Notes under the pieces: model-generated
The model's database searches: none
What the model saw: the letters and a program-made list of their open reading frames with translations, nothing else
What the model was told of the DNA's origin: nothing
Shown: piece after piece, positions 24,139 to 29,013 of the stretch
Layout: each line of letters opens with the position of its first letter
Numbering within the stretch: position 1 is the first letter of the stretch
Position numbers and translations under genes: made by a program
Source: Candidatus Subterrananammoxibius californiae
Lineage (GTDB): Bacteria > Planctomycetota > Brocadiia > Brocadiales > Subterrananammoxibiaceae
Assembly (NCBI GenBank): GCA_030586555.1
Contig: JAURAC010000037.1
Location: 1 to 29,013 of the forward strand
Direction of reading: 5' to 3'
DNA length: 29,013 bases

Positions 24139-25539
24139 ATGCAAAAATGCTGCGAAACAGTAGTAGAATTAAGAAACTATCTTAAAGGAGTAATTGAATT
24201 TCAGGGGAACGGAAATATAAAAATCCTAAATGAAGATAAGTTTCGTACGGAAAAACTGGATGGCATGGTCAGTTGTTCCGTATTTAGTAAGGATACGGAT
24301 ATATTAAACCTGTCCAGATGGCTTATAAGAACAGCCGCTTCTAAACTCGGTATAAAATCCTCCTCTATCCAGGGACTTTATGAGGCAATGGGCAGGAAGG
24401 AATACAAGGGGTTTACCGTTCCTGCTATAAATATACGCGGCTTGACTTACGACGTTGCGAGGTCGGTCGTCAGAGCAGCAAAATCAAATAACGTTGGCGC
24501 ACTTATCTTTGAAATAGCACGCTCTGAGATAGATTACACAAATCAGAGACCCGCAGAATATGCCAACGTTGTAACCGCTGCCGCAATAAGGGAGAAATAT
24601 CAGGGTCCAATCTTTATCCAGGGTGACCATTTCCAAATTAATGCAAAGAAATATAAAAGCGATGCAAATGCCGAGGTTGACGCAGTAAGGTCGCTGATTA
24701 AAGAGGCGGTTGACGCAGGTTTCTACAATATAGATATTGATTCATCCACCCTCGTTGATTTAAGCAAACCCAGCGTAACAGAACAGCAGAGGCTTAACTT
24801 TGAACTGGCGGCAGAACTAACCTCATACATACGCAAATTAGAGCCGAAAGGGATAACTATATCAGTAGGCGGTGAAATTGGCGAGGTCGGGGGAAAGAAC
24901 AGTACGGAGGAGGAACTAAGGGCATTTATGAACGGCTACCGCCAGACGCCCGCCTTAGGCGGGGGACTTAAGGGAATAAGCAAGATTAGTATTCAGACAG
25001 GAACCACACATGGCGGCGTACCGCTTCCTGATGGAACAATTGCGAAGGTGAAACTTGATTTCGATACCCTTGAGAAACTCTCACGCATAGCAAGGGATGA
25101 TTACGGCATGTGCGGCGCCGTCCAGCATGGCGCATCCACACTCCCACCGGAAGCCTTCGATAGATTCCCAAAAACAGGTACGGCGGAGGTGCATCTCGCC
25201 ACAGAATTCCAGAACATGATTTATGAAAATGAGCACTTTCCCAAAGACCTTAAAGATGAAATATACGAGTATTTAAGAAAGACCTGTGCCAGCGAAAAAA
25301 AGGAAGGCGAAACAGATGAGCAGTTCATATATAAGACACGTAAAAAAGCCTTTGGGCCATTCAAGGAAAAGCTCTGGAACCTTCCATCCAGCACAAGGGA
25401 TACAATTAGCAAAAACCTTGAGGGGAAATTCGACTTCCTATTTAAGAAGCTGAACGTTGTTAATACAAGGGACACGATTGCAAAGACCATAAAGCCCGTG
25501 GATGTCCCGGTACCACCGCCTTCGGCTATACAAATGTAA
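24139..25539 (+). CDS. Class II fructose-bisphosphate aldolase family protein
   Basis: TVPAINIR, FEIARSE, QGDHFQ, DIDSS, GGEIGEVG, GTTHGG and VQHGAS. SD AGGAGG. Confidence 0.92.
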   Translation: MQKCCETVVELRNYLKGVIEFQGNGNIKILNEDKFRTEKLDGMVSCSVFSKDTDILNLSRWLIRTAASKLGIKSSSIQGLYEAMGRKEYKGFTVPAINIRGLTYDVARSVVRAAKSNNVGALIFEIARSEIDYTNQRPAEYANVVTAAAIREKYQGPIFIQGDHFQINAKKYKSDANAEVDAVRSLIKEAVDAGFYNIDIDSSTLVDLSKPSVTEQQRLNFELAAELTSYIRKLEPKGITISVGGEIGEVGGKNSTEEELRAFMNGYRQTPALGGGLKGISKISIQTGTTHGGVPLPDGTIAKVKLDFDTLEKLSRIARDDYGMCGAVQHGASTLPPEAFDRFPKTGTAEVHLATEFQNMIYENEHFPKDLKDEIYEYLRKTCASEKKEGETDEQFIYKTRKKAFGPFKEKLWNLPSSTRDTISKNLEGKFDFLFKKLNVVNTRDTIAKTIKPVDVPVPPPSAIQM

Positions 25540-25633
25540 AGTTGACATTTTACATTGCAGATTGAAGGTAGGGATATAGTTTGTCGTTTTTTAAGGTTAA
25601 TAATTGGTGGTTAAGGTTAAGGAGAGATGAAAG

Positions 25634-26164
25634 ATGGAAATTATAGATATTGCTAAGCTGATAGATTCTATACGTAATTGGAAGACATGGGTAATGCTTA
25701 TTATCGTTTCAATATTTGGTGTATTGGGAAGTCTTACTCATAAATTAACATCCCCGTCCGCGGATGAGATATCTTTGTTGGGTTACATTGTAGTAGGGGC
25801 AGTGGCGTCCATTGCGGTTCTTTTTATAATTGTACCATCAGATGCAGTCAGGCTCGTTGCCCTATCCCTTATAGTAGGCTATGGGGGAAAGGCGGTACTT
25901 GATGCCTCAGCAGCCAAAATGCAGGCGTTCATTGCAAAGGAAGAGACCATCAAGGCAAAAGAAATAGGCAAAGAGGCAGTAGATGTTGGGAAAGAGGCTG
26001 TAAAACAACTGGAGGCTTTAATGGAAACCAGGAGACCATCCGAAGAAACACCCAGACGAATACCAGGGGGATATAAACCACCAAAAGATCTTACGGATAA
26101 ACTGGGGAAATTATCTGACAAGTTAGATTCTTTGGAAATAAAAAGCCAATTTAAACCAAAATGA
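25634..26164 (+). CDS. Three-TM membrane protein with C-terminal coiled coil
   Basis: Three hydrophobic segments ending LIVGYGGKAVLD, then a charged helical tail. SD AAGGAG. Confidence 0.7.
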   Translation: MEIIDIAKLIDSIRNWKTWVMLIIVSIFGVLGSLTHKLTSPSADEISLLGYIVVGAVASIAVLFIIVPSDAVRLVALSLIVGYGGKAVLDASAAKMQAFIAKEETIKAKEIGKEAVDVGKEAVKQLEALMETRRPSEETPRRIPGGYKPPKDLTDKLGKLSDKLDSLEIKSQFKPK

Positions 26165-26298
26165 GAAGATTCTATTTGCTAACCGTTGTGATATTTTAGT
26201 GTGATGCTGCGCCATTCTCAAACTCTCAGGTAGCCAGGTAACATCTCATAAAGGAGATGAAAAAGTTATGAGTAGTGGCAGGACAATTCAGCTCTACT

Positions 26299-27378
26299 TT
26301 ATTCTGGACAAATGGTAACGATACCCTCTTCCCCTTCCTTGCCTGTAACATCGAATCTTACAGGCAGAAACTTCTTGATGACCTCGATGTTTGTTAATAG
26401 GTGCTGTGAAATTCGGGGGGTGGAAAATTCTGATTTTCCCTTTGAGAATGCAAGGGGGAGGAGGAGTTGGTCTGCTAAATACTCATCCACCGAAGCATTA
26501 GTCTCAAGGAAATGAAGTAGGGCGTCGCATGCCTCATCAGCCACGGTCTCTGCCCGTTTGCCTATTGCGCCGAGGCTATAGTAGCAGCATTGTGAATGTT
26601 CAAACTCTGTTAGTAGAAGAAGCATTGTACCCTGTCCAAATGCTGGTAGTTCTACCACCTCAATTGCGTGCGGTAAATTTTCATTGGATAATCTTCTTTC
26701 TGCCTGTTGTTTTTGACGCTCGGCAATACTCTTATTAAGATTCCCTACGGCAGAGATACCCTTTACATTTATCAGTCTTCCCCTGTCCTCAATCACAAGT
26801 GGCTTTATTTCTCTTACAGGTTTAATATGCGCCGATATTTCACCACCACCTTTGGGATAAAAGCCCGCACAAATCATTTCTACCGTGGCATCAAAGCCAA
26901 TGTGTTTAAGATAGAATAGCCACTGGAGGGCAAGATAGTGAAAACATGGACTCCACGGCACGTGGGTTCCACCTGTAATGGTAATGGACGAGGGGGTTTT
27001 TGTTAGACTTAAAGGGATAAATATTGTTTGAAGGACGAGGGAAACAGAACCAGCCGTGCCAATCTCTATGCGATATTCACCGCTTTTTATTTCCTGTGGA
27101 ACGAAGTTAATGGATGTTGAACCTATTTCAGCGCCAGTGAGTTCGCCGTTACATATTTTTGTAATTGCCCTTACTGCTTCCAGATGTTGTGCCCTTAAAC
27201 CTGGTACCTTCCTTTTGGCTCTAATGTTAAATATCTCTATTGGTCTTTTTGTTGCTGCAGATAAGGATAGCGACGTTCTCAGGATTTGTCCGCCGCCCTC
27301 GCCAAACGAACCGTCAATTTTTATATAGTTCATATAAGAAGGTAGAGACGCAAGATTTTGCGTCTCTATGATGGTCAT
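26299..27378 (-). CDS. rtcA: RNA 3'-terminal phosphate cyclase
   Basis: [57 protein letters not shown]. Start is either 27378 (coupled to permease stop) or 27333. Confidence 0.95.
   Translation of the reverse strand: MTIIETQNLASLPSYMNYIKIDGSFGEGGGQILRTSLSLSAATKRPIEIFNIRAKRKVPGLRAQHLEAVRAITKICNGELTGAEIGSTSINFVPQEIKSGEYRIEIGTAGSVSLVLQTIFIPLSLTKTPSSITITGGTHVPWSPCFHYLALQWLFYLKHIGFDATVEMICAGFYPKGGGEISAHIKPVREIKPLVIEDRGRLINVKGISAVGNLNKSIAERQKQQAERRLSNENLPHAIEVVELPAFGQGTMLLLLTEFEHSQCCYYSLGAIGKRAETVADEACDALLHFLETNASVDEYLADQLLLPLAFSKGKSEFSTPRISQHLLTNIEVIKKFLPVRFDVTGKEGEEGIVTICPE
27342..27369. repeat. GTAG-type REP palindrome at rtcA 5' end
   Basis: G-TAGAGACGCAA-GATT-TTGCGTCTCTA-T. Confidence 0.75.
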
Positions 27379-28607
27379 TCATAACGCAATGCTTCAATTG
27401 GATTGAGCTTTGATGCCTTATTTGCAGGGTAAATGCCAAAGAATACCCCAACCAGTGCAGAAAAAAAGAATGCGATTAGAACAACAACTGGCGAAATGAA
27501 TATGGGCCACTTGCCAATGTAAGATACAAATTCCGCCCCTATAACGCCTATCGTTAAACCGAGCAACCCACCAATTAAGCTGAGCACCACAGACTCCACC
27601 ATGAATTGTAGAAGTATATCTTTCCTTTTCGCCCCCACCGCAATACGAATACCAATTTCCCTTGTCCTTTCGCTAACAGAAACCAACATGATATTCATGA
27701 TTCCTATGCCGCCTACTATTAACGATACCAGCGCAGTGATTCCAAGAAGGTAGGTCATAACCCTGCTGGCAGTTGCCTGTACTTCGGCGATGTCTATAAG
27801 ATTTAAGATGAAAAAATCATCCGCCTGCTCCTTGCGAATACGATGACGCTGCTGTAACAGTGCTCTTATCTCAGCTTCCGCTTGATGAACTACTTCCGGG
27901 CTAACAGCCGAGGCAAATATAATGCCTACGCGGCCAAGCATAACTGAGCCAATTACCTTCCATTCTGCCGTAGTGAATGGAATGAGCACATTGTCATCCT
28001 GGTCCTGTCCCTGCGGCGTTTGCCCCTTTGGCGTCAATACGCCTATTACCTTAAATGGCACATTCTTTATGCGGATAGTTTCTCCTATTGGATTTTCGTC
28101 AGGGCTAAATAGGTTCTCAACAACCGTTTTCCCTAACACGCAAACAGTGGCTGCTCTTTCCATATCCCTGTTTATAAAAAAACTGCCTGAAGCCAAAGGC
28201 CAGCTTCTAACGGTCGTGTATTCAGGTGTAACGCCCGATACAAATGTGTTCCAGTTTTGATTACCACGAATAACTTGCATTACCTCCCGCTTACCATAGG
28301 AAACATTAGCAACCGAGGAACATTCCTTTTTTATAGCCTTAGCGTCATCAACTGTCAAAGTAAGCGCAGTTCCCGCACCTGTCCTTATCCCACCTGCAGT
28401 GGTAGTGCCGGGAAGCACGAGAAGCAGGTTACTGCCGAGCCGTGCAATTTGTTCATGTATATAAGCGGTGGCGCCTTGTCCAATGCTTACCATTACAACA
28501 ACGGAGCCTACGCCAATAATAATCCCAAGTGTGGTCAGGGCAGACCTCATCTTGTGATGGCGCAATGTGATAATAGCTGTGAGAAATGTGGATAATGATA
28601 GTATCAT
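27375..28607 (-). CDS. MacB/FtsX-family ABC transporter permease
   Basis: RSALTTLGIIIGV, periplasmic domain, [45 protein letters not shown]. Confidence 0.95.
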   Translation of the reverse strand: MILSLSTFLTAIITLRHHKMRSALTTLGIIIGVGSVVVMVSIGQGATAYIHEQIARLGSNLLLVLPGTTTAGGIRTGAGTALTLTVDDAKAIKKECSSVANVSYGKREVMQVIRGNQNWNTFVSGVTPEYTTVRSWPLASGSFFINRDMERAATVCVLGKTVVENLFSPDENPIGETIRIKNVPFKVIGVLTPKGQTPQGQDQDDNVLIPFTTAEWKVIGSVMLGRVGIIFASAVSPEVVHQAEAEIRALLQQRHRIRKEQADDFFILNLIDIAEVQATASRVMTYLLGITALVSLIVGGIGIMNIMLVSVSERTREIGIRIAVGAKRKDILLQFMVESVVLSLIGGLLGLTIGVIGAEFVSYIGKWPIFISPVVVLIAFFFSALVGVFFGIYPANKASKLNPIEALRYE

Positions 28608-28614
28608 TTAAATC

Positions 28615-28686
28615 AGGCTGAAGGCGTAAGGCTGAAGAAATCTGGCTGAAAAAACTTTTACCTTAAGCCCTCAGCCTTAAGCCTTC
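28615..28686. repeat. Inverted heptamer arrays (AGGCTGA / CCTYAAG-like) between ABC genes
   Basis: aggctga aggcgta aggctga ... ccttaag ccctcag ccttaag cctt. Confidence 0.65.
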
Positions 28687-28694
28687 CTTGTCTT

Positions 28695-29012
28695 TTATGT
28701 ATCCTGTTGAATCGTTCCGTCCTTCAGTAAAATTCTTCTTTTTGCGTATTGGGCTATATCAATTTCATGGGTAACGAGGATAATTGTTACACCGTCATTA
28801 TTCAGCTTACGAAAGATTTCCATAATTTCCGTAGCGCTTTTGCTGTCGAGGTTTCCGGTGGGTTCATCAGCCAGAATTATAGATGGGTTATTAGAGAGCG
28901 CCCTGGCAATGGCTACACGCTGCTGTTCTCCGCCAGAAAGTTGACTGGGATAATGATACTCCCTTCCGCTTAAGCCAACGGACTGTAAAAGCTGTAAAGC
29001 TCTTGCCCTTCG
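28695..29012 (-). CDS. MacB/LolD-type ABC ATP-binding protein, C-terminal part (truncated by window edge)
   Basis: Hand translation: [36 protein letters not shown]...VTHE...KDGTIQQDT*. Confidence 0.93.
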   Translation of the reverse strand, partial: RRARALQLLQSVGLSGREYHYPSQLSGGEQQRVAIARALSNNPSIILADEPTGNLDSKSATEIMEIFRKLNNDGVTIILVTHEIDIAQYAKRRILLKDGTIQQDT

Positions 29013-29013
29013 T

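Noticed and set aside
26299..27378. RtcA as a CRISPR-linked RNA repair component
   Set aside because: More than 15 kb from the array, on the opposite strand, coupled to an ABC transporter, with no rtcB or rtcR in the window.
12287..28973. Short antisense or alternative-frame ORFs overlapping the later genes, including 28749-28973 (+)
   Set aside because: Shadows of confident genes; 28749-28973 lies opposite the ABC ATPase.
1..29013. tRNA, rRNA or transposase genes
   Set aside because: None recognised in the intergenic regions or ORFs.

Overview
AT-rich bacterial window; a Planctomycetota/anammox-like origin is an inference from gene style only. Bases 1-10.9 kb hold a type III-A CRISPR-Cas locus: partial cas6, cas10 (HD and GGDD intact), csm2-5, a Csx3/Crn3-like protein, a Card1/Can2-type CARF nuclease, cas1, cas2, a leader and a 22-repeat array. 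Next is a secreted 729-aa protein built from tail-fibre-like modules. Bases 13.35-21.5 kb are the most unusual part: a probable Fur-controlled extracytoplasmic metal-uptake/redox module (duplicated dihaem cytochrome c, exported CbiX-like chelatase, porin, lipoprotein, FMN-binding/ApbE fusion, His-containing membrane protein). It has three paralogous leaders (promoter, two Fur-like boxes, an orphan Shine-Dalgarno site), two 3' hairpins with anti-SD loops, and a possible bistable RNA element upstream of the ApbE fusion. The rest is DUF1858-NifU-V4R-like-MoeB, class II aldolase, a 3-TM protein and a minus-strand MacB-type ABC/rtcA unit. GTAG-type palindromes and heptamer tandem repeats are scattered through the window, several of them in frame inside genes. 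All family assignments come from motif recognition by eye; no database search was run.
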